The notes beneath the pieces are model-generated. The model searched no databases. It was not told where the DNA came from and saw only the letters and a list, made by a program, of their open reading frames with translations. DNA of 64,000 nucleotides from an uncultured archaeon (GTDB lineage Archaea; Thermoproteota; Bathyarchaeia; Bathyarchaeales; Bathycorpusculaceae): assembly GCA_963810275.1 (NCBI GenBank), contig CAWENF010000018.1, forward strand, positions 24,187-88,186, given 5' to 3'. The number at the start of each line of letters is the position of its first letter. Position 1 is the first letter of the stretch. Below are positions 33,589-43,399 of the stretch, one piece after another. Position numbers and translations under genes: made by a program.

Positions 33589-33823
33589 GCGGGACAGGGA
33601 GTAAGCTTTAGAAGCAATGCACTAAGGCACAGAAGCGCACCAGTAAAAACAGCGAAAAACTGGCGTGCAACAAAGACTTTGCCTAAGTGGGCTGAAACAT
33701 TGCCTAATGCTGAAACACTTAGATCCTAAAGCGGAAGGTTAAAAGCAGCGAAATAACCTGAAGCGGCAAAAAAAATGGTTTAGGTGGGCTGTGTTCAGCA
33801 ATAAGGCTCAGACCTGATCCCGT
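33589..33823 (+). ncRNA. Putative novel structured ncRNA, copy 2 (235 nt)
   Basis: GCGGGACAGG pairs with CCTG(A)TCCCGT; same two-arm fold as copy 1; followed by a T-rich tract. Confidence 0.8.
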
Positions 33824-34167
33824 TTTCTTTCATCCAACTTTAAGTAAAACCATTTCTTCCTGGCATAGTTCCAAAAGAAGCGAAAATTAAAGTTTAAACA
33901 ATCTACCTAAACAAACCGCCGACTTAACTTTGAGGTTTTTTGGGCAAATCAAAGTTATGCTCACCTCTGCCTTGCACAATTCCTCAGATTGTTTTAACGG
34001 GGAAGGTTTGAAGGTTCGTGCAAACAAACAACACCGCATGCACCGCAGCGTCAGAAAGGAACTCCGCTGCTTCAGTAAGACCGTTTTCCATTTCTTGGAG
34101 TCCTCTCGATAACAATTTCCAAGTGTTCTCTTGAATAATGAATTGTAATATGTGAACCTTGTAGTGT

Positions 34168-34950
34168 TTATGAGAATTCTTTTTCAACCGTGCTGTTTGA
34201 GTAGGGAACAATAACGCCTAATCTTTTAATAAACAATAAAATCCTGAAGGAGAGATTTGTAATTTTAGGCTGTCCACTTCTGGGATTGCGTGTTTTGTTA
34301 CAAAACCATTTTCTGAAGAGGCATCGAAGCGTTTTAAGAACAGCTACACTGAAAAGTACAAGAAAAACAATATGAGCAATCGCTAACGTTGGCTCGGTGA
34401 AGAGCAAAGATTCACTAAAGGGGTATCCGACAGTGCTGGGCAAAAGTACGGTGATTATGGGGATTATGAGTACAAGATTTGTCAGGTCAGCTCTAAAGAA
34501 GACTTTCCAATCACTCGTTTTATACATGACTACCGCAGCGCACAGAAAAAGAAGCATCTCCAAAACAATATTTACTTTATTAAAGATGTCAATGAAGGGT
34601 CCTCCTAACTCATAGAGCCCAAACTGCTGAGTCGTAAAAGGCCACAGAAGCTCAAGCTGTCCCCCCACTATGAAGTCGCCGATGAAGGAGTGTGAAATCA
34701 ATGCTAAAAAGTAGGGCACAGCTTTTTTTCGGTAAACTATGAAAAACGGGATAAAAACAAGTAGTGCAAACACGATGGAGTGGGTTGGACCACGGTGGAT
34801 TTCTACACCTGTTAAGAAGCCATAGATTATATCTATGTCAGGTAAAATTGAAAGAACCAGCAGCGTAGGTATGTTTATGCTTGTATGTAGAGCCTTTGAA
34901 GAGCCCTTGCCTAGAAGATAGGCGATTGACATATGACCAACAGCAAACAA
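34168..34950 (-). CDS. Membrane-bound metal-dependent hydrolase (YdjM-like)
   Basis: GH, LPDID, HRGPTHS, SHSFIGD, LLWP. Confidence 0.85.
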   Translation of the reverse strand: MFAVGHMSIAYLLGKGSSKALHTSINIPTLLVLSILPDIDIIYGFLTGVEIHRGPTHSIVFALLVFIPFFIVYRKKAVPYFLALISHSFIGDFIVGGQLELLWPFTTQQFGLYELGGPFIDIFNKVNIVLEMLLFLCAAVVMYKTSDWKVFFRADLTNLVLIIPIITVLLPSTVGYPFSESLLFTEPTLAIAHIVFLVLFSVAVLKTLRCLFRKWFCNKTRNPRSGQPKITNLSFRILLFIKRLGVIVPYSNSTVEKEFS

Positions 34951-35314
34951 AGCAGCTTTTTCCAGTTAACTTTGATTTATTCCATACAACTTTTTAAAGA
35001 ATAAGTTTAGCAGATATTTTAGGTGAACGCTAGCCGCCAACAATTTTGGTTAACTGGAATAAACTAACGTGCACAAACTCTCTCGATTACAATAAAACAA
35101 ACTGCGTTTAACCCATAGCAATTGCTCCCATAATCGCCGTTACAAGGAAACCTAAACCGCAACCAATTGCCAGTAAACGAAATAGACGCTTATCCATTGG
35201 AATTCGAGATGCAATGCTAGGTGAAGCATATAGCAACTCATAGGTAACTAAAAGAACAAGGGCGGTGATAGCAAGTTAAAGACCGATATCAGAAACTGAA
35301 AGGGAAAATTCACG

Positions 35315-35650
35315 TCATCCACCTGCATAAAAATGAAGTTTAACAGAAACCGTACTCTGAGCAAAAGTCTTCATTTCAGCAAGAACCACAGCTTTACCCG
35401 AAGATTTAGCCAATGCAGACGCAACAGCCGAAACCAAGGGGCACCCATTATGCTGGCGCTTTTGGGCTTATGTTCATTGAAGAAGCTGAAATAGATACTG
35501 CCAGAAGCTTTGAAATCTGCTCCTTGAGGAGTTAGGGTCAAATTCCTCTTAAAACAAGTTGAGATTTAAAACCGCATCAATTAGCTAAGTTTTTGGAGTT
35601 ATTTAAGAGTGTGAGGATCAATTGCTCTATTTTTGATTAACATCGAGCAG
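35315..35650 (-). pseudogene. Degraded remnant of a conserved archaeal protein ending GCPLVSAVASALAKSSGKAVVL...
   Basis: Minus-strand translation gives ...SGSIYFSFF...KSASIMG/CPLVSAVASALAKSSGKAVVLAEMK...VKLHFYAGG* across frameshifts; upstream part has stops. The 5' boundary is approximate. Confidence 0.45.
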
Positions 35651-35875
35651 GTACTTCTGTATTTTTTTCGGTTTTTTTCTGGATATCCGGTTTATTTGAC
35701 ATAGAAAAAAACAGCTTTTTTATAGAAAAAACGAATTTAACCGCGCCATTTAATGATCGGGATTCAATGCAATGGAATTTATTGTGGATTAATAAACATT
35801 TAAACGAATTTACGGTTTAGGTTTGGGCGTTTAATGTTTAAATCCACCTGTGCGCATACTTTTTTGGGATATTTT

Positions 35876-37057
35876 ATGGCGTTATCTACAACTGTTAAAG
35901 AGATCTATTCCCAGCAATTCAACACCGTATTAGAAAACGAAGCAGCCTCAAGATGCCTTGAGGGATTTAAAAAAGGAATGCCGCCTGTGCTGGCGGTACT
36001 TGACGACCACGATCATTATGTAGGGATGGTTAGTCGCCGCTCAATTCTTAGAACTCGTGTGGATTTAAGCAGAATTAAGGTAAAAACTATAATGAATGTT
36101 GCACCAGAAGTTGATTTGGGCGACTCTATTAGCCGCGTTGCTAAATTGATGATTGGCAGCGGTGTACGGCAGCTTCCTGTTCTCGATAAAGGTAAAATTG
36201 TTGGTTTTGTAACTGATGAAGCAGTTATCCACACAGTTGTAGGCGACGCATGGGGAAATAACCTCGTCTCGCAGATAATGACTCGAGCTCCACAAACTAT
36301 GGATTCAAACCGTAGCGTCGGCGCAGTGCTTGGATTGATGCGTGAGCACGGAATCAGCCACCTGCCAATCATGAAAAATGGCAAACTTGTCGGTTTAATT
36401 AGCATCCAAGACATACTATCGAACCTGTATTTCCCGCCAAAGCGCATGGGCAACCAAGATGTTGCAGGCGAGCAAATTGACACGTTAGGTGTAGCTGCTA
36501 AAGGCATAATGAGCCAGCCAGTAATCACGGTGAATCCAGGTATGTCTCTGCTTGAATGTGAAAAACTAATGCATAAACATGACATTTCCTGCCTCTGCGT
36601 TGTGGAGGGCGAAAACCTTGTCGGCGTTGTTACTAAACTAGACTTCTTGGAACCCATTAGCGAGATGGAGACTCCAGAGCGTCACTTTTCCGTGCAGTTC
36701 GGTGTAAAAGACATCGAAATTAACCCTGAGCAACAGCAATTTATGATGGCAGAATTTGATTCCTTTACGCATCGTTTCAAAGAGGCTTTCCAGCAGGGGT
36801 CACTGTTTGTTTACATTAAAACCCACCGTAACACTAACATGCGCGGTACTCCGATGGTGCATTGCAGACTGCAGTTTAGAACTGTTAAGGGCAGCTTCTT
36901 TAGTTCCAGTGAAGGCTGGGGCGTTGAGCCCACTTTCAAAGTTGCTTTGGACCGTTTAGAGCGTAGATTAGATAGGAGTAAAGAGTTGTTGGCTTATAAT
37001 CCTAAGTATGCTAGGGATTACCTGCGTAAAATGGTACCTGAAGAAGGAATAAGTTAA
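35876..37057 (+). CDS. Four-CBS-domain protein with C-terminal HPF/RaiA-like domain (candidate ribosome hibernation factor)
   Basis: Two CBS pairs (LPVLDKGKIVGFVT, LPIMKNGKLVGLIS, VVEGENLVGVVT). C-terminus LFVYIK...CRLQFRT...FFSSSEGWG...FKVALDRLERRL fits the HPF topology. Confidence 0.7.
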   Translation: MALSTTVKEIYSQQFNTVLENEAASRCLEGFKKGMPPVLAVLDDHDHYVGMVSRRSILRTRVDLSRIKVKTIMNVAPEVDLGDSISRVAKLMIGSGVRQLPVLDKGKIVGFVTDEAVIHTVVGDAWGNNLVSQIMTRAPQTMDSNRSVGAVLGLMREHGISHLPIMKNGKLVGLISIQDILSNLYFPPKRMGNQDVAGEQIDTLGVAAKGIMSQPVITVNPGMSLLECEKLMHKHDISCLCVVEGENLVGVVTKLDFLEPISEMETPERHFSVQFGVKDIEINPEQQQFMMAEFDSFTHRFKEAFQQGSLFVYIKTHRNTNMRGTPMVHCRLQFRTVKGSFFSSSEGWGVEPTFKVALDRLERRLDRSKELLAYNPKYARDYLRKMVPEEGIS

Positions 37058-37156
37058 GCGTTTTTTTACGCTCTTTTTTTATTGCGCTAATTAGTAGCTC
37101 CGCCCATTATTTATAATAGAAGGGATTTACGTGGTAGAGCTTCAATGATTCTGATT

Positions 37157-38446
37157 CTAGGTTAAGTGGTAGGCTTCTTCGCCGTGCTGGCTCAAATCCA
37201 GTCCCTCATCTTCCTCTTTTGGAGTTACACGCAATGGGGAAAACACATCCACCAGCCGTAGCAGCAGATAAGAACCTGCAAACGCGAACGCTGCAACCAC
37301 CACAACGGCTAAAGCTTGAATGCCAAGTTGTGCAGGGTTGCCATCGAATAATCCAGACACTGCAGGGTTAATTGCGGCAGTAGCAAACAAACCAACCGCC
37401 ACTGCACCGATTATGCCGCCCACGCCATGGCAGGCAAAAACATCAAGAGTATCATCGATTCTCGAGCGTCCTGCACGCCAGTTAGCAATCAAATTCGATA
37501 TTATACCCGCCGCTAAGCCGATTATGACTGCCGCCATAAAGTTCACGTAGCCCGCTGCAGCGGTAACAGCTGCCATGCCACAAACAGCACCCACCGCTAT
37601 GCCTATTGCAGATGGCTTGCCTTTTAGTACCCAATCCAGCAGCATCCAGCTAACAGCTGCAGCTGCAGCCGACAAGTTTGTGGCGATAACCGCTGAAACC
37701 GCAATGTTGTCTGCCGCCAAAGCAGAGCCGCCGTTAAAGCCAAACCACCCAAACCAAAGTAGTCCAGCGCCTAAAATGACGTAGGGTATGTTAGTGGGTT
37801 TGAACTCAGTGCCCATTGGCGGCATGGAGATTTCTGATTGTTTGTTTAAAGATTTGAGTTGGTCTTTCCAGTAAACGCAGCCTTGACGCCGCCCTACGAT
37901 TAGTGCAGCCGCCAACGCTGACACGCCTGCAGCCACATGCACTACTATGCCTCCCGCGAAGTCGTAAGCGCCCAAAACATGTAGCCAACCGTCAGCGTTC
38001 CAGACCCAATGTGCAATGGGTGAGTAGATAAGCGTGGACCACAAAACAACAAAGATAAGTAGAGATTTGAAGCGGATGCGCTCAGCACATGCACCAATGA
38101 TTAATGCCGGAGTGATAGCGGCAAACTTCAGCTGGAACGCAAAGAAAAGTACTTCGGGGATTGCTGGAGCATAGACTGCGTTTATGTGGTTTATCGAGAG
38201 GTTATTTAAACCCACAAGGGAGAGGTTGCCGATTAAACCGCCGATACTATCGCTAAATACGAGGCTGTAACCCCAGAAAAACCAGACTAAACTGACAACT
38301 GCAAAGATTATTATGCACTGCACAAGAGTGGATACGAGATTTTTTCTACGAACCAGGCCACCGTAGAAGAACGCCAACGCTGGGGTCATAAGCATCACCA
38401 GAGCGGTTGACATGAGAAGCCATGCTATGTCGGCTGCGTTTTCCAT
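37157..38446 (-). CDS. amt: Ammonium transporter
   Basis: ALVMLMTPALAFFYGG, AERI, DFAGGIVVH, LWFGWFGFNGGS, DDTLDVFACHG, GLDLSQHGEEAY. Confidence 0.95.
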   Translation of the reverse strand: MENAADIAWLLMSTALVMLMTPALAFFYGGLVRRKNLVSTLVQCIIIFAVVSLVWFFWGYSLVFSDSIGGLIGNLSLVGLNNLSINHINAVYAPAIPEVLFFAFQLKFAAITPALIIGACAERIRFKSLLIFVVLWSTLIYSPIAHWVWNADGWLHVLGAYDFAGGIVVHVAAGVSALAAALIVGRRQGCVYWKDQLKSLNKQSEISMPPMGTEFKPTNIPYVILGAGLLWFGWFGFNGGSALAADNIAVSAVIATNLSAAAAAVSWMLLDWVLKGKPSAIGIAVGAVCGMAAVTAAAGYVNFMAAVIIGLAAGIISNLIANWRAGRSRIDDTLDVFACHGVGGIIGAVAVGLFATAAINPAVSGLFDGNPAQLGIQALAVVVVAAFAFAGSYLLLRLVDVFSPLRVTPKEEDEGLDLSQHGEEAYHLT

Positions 38447-38707
38447 TGTTTCCCCTTTTAGCTGTCGATTGTTCTTTTTTTCTGTTAAAACAGGTATTTA
38501 AACTATACATATGCAACGTTTAAAAAATTAAATTTAGACAAACGTCTATTAGATTAAAAATATTCAACACGATAACACAACAAACAATAGGTTTAAAAGC
38601 TATAAATGCAAAAACGTCCAAAAATCTACTTTAAAAAAAACACATGTGACCAATACAAAACATCAAAAGACCATTTAATAAAAAAGGGGTAGAAGAATTT
38701 AGCCAGC

Positions 38708-40009
38708 TTAATCTAACTGGTAAGCTTCTTCGCCGTGCTCGCTTAAGTCTAAGCCAGCATCTTCATCTTTCTCGCTAACACGCAAAGGCGAAAACACGTT
38801 CACGACCTTCAGCAACACATAGGAGCCGACGAACGCAAACGGCACTACAACAGCGACCGCTTCTAGTTGCGCGATGAACTGGCCTACGTTTCCGAAGATT
38901 AAGCCGTTAACGCCTCCAATAGCCGCCGACGCAAAGATACCTGTGGCGATAGAACCCCACAAGCCGCCGACTCCGTGGCATGCAAAAACGTCTAAACTGT
39001 CGTCGATTCTACTTCTGCCAGCTCTCCAGTTTGCAACCAAGTTCGAGATAACACCTGCAGCTAACCCGATTACCATAGCTGCTGGAACACTGACAAAGCC
39101 CGCTGCTGGTGTGATAGCGACTAAGCCAACGACTGCACCGATTGCAATGCCTACCGCTGATGGTTTGCCTTTGATGACCCAGTCTGAAAGCATCCAGCTG
39201 ACTGCTGCTCCCGCCGCCGCCAAGTTGGTGGTTACAAGCGCTGATACTGCAATGTCATTTGCTGCTAAGGAGCTGCCTGCGTTGAATCCAAACCAGCCAA
39301 ACCACAGCAACGCTGCGCCCAGCAGGACGTAGGGGATGTTGGTGGGTTTGAATGCTGGTGGAGGGGATACGTCGAGAGCTTTCATGTAACCTTTCCAGGG
39401 GATTTCTACTCCTCCGCCTTCTTTGGTGACGGGGCAGGATTCGCCTTTGCGTCTACCGACAACAAGTGCTGCTGCCAATGCAGATATGCCTGCAGCGACG
39501 TGGACGACTATGCCTCCTGCGAAGTCGATGGCGCCGATTCCTTTTAGCCAGCCGTCTGGGTTCCAGACCCAGTGTGCAATGGGCATGTAAATCAATGTAG
39601 ACCAAAGTACCATGAACACTAGAAGCGATTTGAAGCGGATGCGTTCTGCGCAGGCGCCGATGATGAGTGCGGGGGTGATTGCGGCGAATTTCAGCTGGAA
39701 AGCGAAGAACAGCAGTTCAGGTATTGCAGGCGCTAATGCGTCGTTGTAGTGAGTTATGCTCAAGTTGGCCATGCCAAGTAAGTCGGGGCTGAACCCGATT
39801 ATTCCGCCGAAGGATTGGCCAAACACAAGGCTGTAGCCCCAAAGAGCCCAGACTAAGCTAATGATAGCAAAGATGATAAAGCACTGCACTATGGTTGAAA
39901 GAAGGTTTTTTTTGCGGACAAGACCTCCATAGAAGAAGCCTAATGCGGGGGTCATTAACATGACTAATGCTGTTGCTACTATTACCCAAGCTATGTCTCC
40001 TGATGCCAA
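38708..40009 (-). CDS. amt: Ammonium transporter (tandem paralogue)
   Basis: Same Amt motifs, with both pore histidines; highly similar to the downstream copy. Confidence 0.95.
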   Translation of the reverse strand: MASGDIAWVIVATALVMLMTPALGFFYGGLVRKKNLLSTIVQCFIIFAIISLVWALWGYSLVFGQSFGGIIGFSPDLLGMANLSITHYNDALAPAIPELLFFAFQLKFAAITPALIIGACAERIRFKSLLVFMVLWSTLIYMPIAHWVWNPDGWLKGIGAIDFAGGIVVHVAAGISALAAALVVGRRKGESCPVTKEGGGVEIPWKGYMKALDVSPPPAFKPTNIPYVLLGAALLWFGWFGFNAGSSLAANDIAVSALVTTNLAAAGAAVSWMLSDWVIKGKPSAVGIAIGAVVGLVAITPAAGFVSVPAAMVIGLAAGVISNLVANWRAGRSRIDDSLDVFACHGVGGLWGSIATGIFASAAIGGVNGLIFGNVGQFIAQLEAVAVVVPFAFVGSYVLLKVVNVFSPLRVSEKDEDAGLDLSEHGEEAYQLD

Positions 40010-40240
40010 ATTGTTTCTCCTCTTTACATTTGTTTAGATATTTTTCTATTGTCTGCACAATTAACCCATCGCCATATTTAAGAGTATCCGTTTGGAAACA
40101 ATTAAAGCTCTTTAATGGATGAATGTTTCAAAATTAAGAATAACATACAGATTGTCTAACTTTTATGGATGTATTACGGGATAAAATAAATTATCCAGAC
40201 ATTTGTTCAAAATTCAAAAATTTCTGATTAAAAAGACTGT

Positions 40241-40650
40241 TTAAATCCTTAACGTAACGTTAGTCATGGTCTTTTTGATGTGGGCGTCACTAACAAATCC
40301 TTAATTAATTCATTAAAACTCTCAAGGTATTTTAGCTTCATCAATGCAGCAGTATCAAACTCGCCAGTAATTTCGTAAACCGCAGTAACGTTAGGCATCT
40401 GAGAAAGTTCATTAGCTAAATTCCTCAGGTAATAACCCGATTTGAATACAAATAATAACAGTTAAACTTCGTAAGATTTAACTGGGTCTAGCAATGTAGC
40501 GTACCCATTAAGAAGTCACCGTCCTCCAAGTTTTTAATTCGGACAGATGCTAATGCCTAGATTTGAATTCTTTGGCTAAGTTTTTTTCTCATGTAGACCA
40601 TCCATCGCGAACTCTATGGTGGGTCGGCAAACATGTAAGTTTAGATTCAT
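40241..40650 (-). pseudogene. Lrp/AsnC-family transcriptional regulator pseudogene
   Basis: Fragments across several frames: RIKNLED, GYATLLDP, LANELSQMPNVTAVYEITGEFD..ALMK....SFNELIKDLL, IKKTMTNVTL. Confidence 0.7.
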
Positions 40651-40888
40651 AGGGCCCATAGTCTTTCTTTCTATACGATTGTGAAGTTATTGTTGTTTTC
40701 TCTACACATACATAACGCTCACTGTATTTAAAACTACCCAAATGAACAATATTTAAACTTCGAATCACACAATTGTTAAAAGTTTTCACCATATTTTCAT
40801 CGAAAACCAAACACCCAACCTAAACCGCACCGGCCACAAAAACCTTATAACAACTCAGTCGCTTCTTTGCCCTCCATAGGCGAACAAA

Positions 40889-41803
40889 ATGAAATTCGGT
40901 TCCCTAACCTTCCAACCTCAAAAACCAAAAGGATTTGACATCCACATTTACCGCGTAAAACCCGAAACAGGACTACGCTTAACCCCCCAACCCGACATGG
41001 CAAGCAACATCGCAGTCTTCGCCGACACACAAACCGGCCAAGCCCACCCAGACTGGATTTCCCAATCCCCCCTTGGACAGGCAAAGTTTGGCAACAACAA
41101 CTACAATCTATACTGGAGCGTGCTTTGCCCCACTCAACCCGAATACTGCGAAGACCAACTCAAATACATCGCCGAAGTAGACCACCAATCAAAAGGTATT
41201 TGGCTAAACAGCCAGTATTTCGCTGACCATGGACATTGTACCTGTCCCCGCTGCCAAGAACTCTATCAGAAAAGTGGGTTAAGCTGGGTTAAGTGGCGAC
41301 GCAAAGTTGTATCAGACTATGTCGGAGCAAATCCGTGATGTTATGAAAGGTGAGTTGGTGCTGAGTTTGCAGCCTGACCCCGTGAGTTCGCTTGAGCGAT
41401 ACGGCGTCAACTTTGATGATTTCGCCAAATACGCCGATGTATCTAAACGTGGTGATGTTCAGTAAAAACTATGCGACACCATGGTACTGGGAGATGCTAA
41501 CACGGGGGTTCAAAAAAATTCTCAAAAAACCCATGTACGTAACGTTATACGTTTATGGTCCCGGCGACTGCACCCCAAGATGTACCCACACCCGCAGAAT
41601 TGCTCACAGTTACGACTCGCTGCGCAAGAGTAGGAGGAGTTGACGGCTTTGTCTATCTAAGCGACGGCGAAAAAGAAATGCAAGATTTCCAAAAAGCCGC
41701 CCTTGAAAAAACAGATTTGCGCAAGAAACTTCGAACATTTGGCGGACAACCAGTCACTGAATTCCTTGATTGGGTTGAGGGCTGGAAAAACATTATAAAA
41801 TAA
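40889..41803 (+). CDS. Hypothetical TIM-barrel/glycoside-hydrolase-like protein, split by about three one-base insertions
   Basis: LCPTQPEY, GHCTCPRC, WRRKVVSDYV continue through overlapping ORFs (QPDPV..LERYGVNFDD, NVVMFSKNY.TPWYWE, GVDGFVYL). Confidence 0.55.
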
Positions 41804-42153
41804 GAATAAAATTTACTGCAAATGAAATTGAGGATGGACAGTGCGAAAGGTTTGCCCGCCCAACGCGCTTGGTTCCTCTACCCGTTTCTTATCCTTTTGT
41901 TCTTAGGCTAACTCAAAATGACTTCACTACAAATTGTAAGAACAAAGTTTCCTTCTTGTGACATCTTAGGGATTAAACGCACAGACATAAAGAGAAAGTA
42001 GTGATCAGGCATAGCGAATTGAAGATTACCCGCTAAGTTAGTTTATTGTCTATCCCCCAGCGGTTTAGCATAGATTGAGCATTTTAACAGCGTTTTTAAG
42101 TGTAATATTTTTATTGATGCCTACGCACTTAATGGTTCGACTAGACCCACGGT

Positions 42154-42330
42154 GGGGTTGTAGTCTAGATCAGGTATGACGACGGGCTCCAGAAAGCAAA
42201 CACACACGGGTTTGCTGACTCCGCAAGGAGAATGACGAATCTCTGGAGCGGTCATAGAGAAACCCGTAAAGGGCGAATTTGCGTCGCTCTTGGGCAAAGG
42301 TCGTCGGTTCAAATCCGGCCAGCCCCACCA
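42154..42330 (+). tRNA. tRNA-Trp(CCA) with two introns (37/38: 42193-42261; 43/44: 42268-42297) and encoded CCA
   Basis: Acceptor GGGGTTG/CAGCCCC; anticodon arm ACGGG-CT-CCA-G|A-CCCGT; removing both inserts restores an AGGTC variable loop and the GTCGG-TTCAAAT-CCGGC T arm. Confidence 0.9.
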
Positions 42331-42409
42331 AACTTTTTGTGTTTTAGTTGGGTACTTTGTCTGTTTTGAGGAAAAAGGATATAGAATATCATTATATACC
42401 ATATAGACT

Positions 42410-43378
42410 ATGTCAGTGCAGCAAACTCAACCCGTTGATAAAGACGATTTTGATTCAGCACTATTACAACTTTACCCAAGCCTACTCATCCCGCAAAACG
42501 GCAGCAACCAACAAAGAAAACGTGCCCACCAAAGCCTGATCTGCCTAAAAACAGCTAGTTCAATGACTTGCACAGCGGAGGAGCTGGTACAAAAAACTGG
42601 GTTATCCCGCTTTCAAGTAATCAAAACAATGCAAACACTCATCACATTGGGGCTTGTCACCGCCCTAAAAACAGGCAGGAAAACGGCCTACATGATAACG
42701 ACCAAAGGCACAATTGCTATGATAGCTTTTGGGGGCTTCCGCAACTGGCAGAAAATAAAATCCTCCTTGACGACATCGCAGAAGAAAAACGACCCCTTAG
42801 CTTACGCACTACTCGTAGTCGGATACAGCTCAAACAAACCCGACGCCATACATCAAACGCTCCGAAACTACGCATCACAAGGCGCAACCATCGAAAACGC
42901 CTCTTCTGAAGCCGCAGCCGAATCGCTACTGAACTTCTACCGCCAACAACTCCGAGCCCAAAGCACCCTCCCGCCCACTTACTTAAGCGTTTTTAAGGAA
43001 TTCACAACCACAGGTTTCCAAGACTTCTTCAAAATGCTCCTCGTAGCCGTTAAACCCACAGCCGAAGATTACAATTGGCTGGTAGAGTTCTTCAACGAAA
43101 TCTCAGAGTTTCACTTCAATCCCGCTCGCGTCGCCTTTGTCAACCTACTACCTCAAACCCTAATGCTACAACAAAAGTTAGAGAACTTCAAGAAAAACCA
43201 AGACCAACAAATCAAAAAACAAGACGGCAACCTCGAAGTCACCTTCACAATTCCCGGCTCAGGGATCTCAAAAGTAGATGCTATGCCGCCTCATTTGCGC
43301 GCCATAGGAATGCGTTTGATTCTTGAACCAGCTAAATTCGTAAACGAGACGCTGGTCGAATATTTCTGGAGCAAATAG
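42410..43378 (+). CDS. Winged-helix (TrmB/MarR-like N-terminus) protein
   Basis: TAEELVQKTGLSRFQV...LITLGLV...YMITTKG wHTH; helical C-terminal domain unrecognised. Confidence 0.65.
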   Translation: MSVQQTQPVDKDDFDSALLQLYPSLLIPQNGSNQQRKRAHQSLICLKTASSMTCTAEELVQKTGLSRFQVIKTMQTLITLGLVTALKTGRKTAYMITTKGTIAMIAFGGFRNWQKIKSSLTTSQKKNDPLAYALLVVGYSSNKPDAIHQTLRNYASQGATIENASSEAAAESLLNFYRQQLRAQSTLPPTYLSVFKEFTTTGFQDFFKMLLVAVKPTAEDYNWLVEFFNEISEFHFNPARVAFVNLLPQTLMLQQKLENFKKNQDQQIKKQDGNLEVTFTIPGSGISKVDAMPPHLRAIGMRLILEPAKFVNETLVEYFWSK

Positions 43379-43399
43379 CCTACTTTCCTATTTTCTAAA

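Noticed and set aside
32870-33729. Short ORFs 32870-33070, 32970-33185, 32976-33209, 33505-33729
   Set aside because: Not conserved between the two repeat copies, no protein motifs, and two of them overlap the structured RNAs.
32731-33823. CRISPR array, T-box or known riboswitch as explanation of the duplicated element
   Set aside because: No short regularly spaced repeats; no UGGNACC T-box or antiterminator; no downstream same-strand gene; known aptamer consensus motifs not found.
36016-36657. Long antisense ORFs (also 2193-2633, 38874-39332, 43979-44491, 54732-55208)
   Set aside because: Shadows of well-supported genes on the opposite strand.
42121-42402. 93-aa minus-strand ORF
   Set aside because: Antisense shadow of tRNA-Trp.
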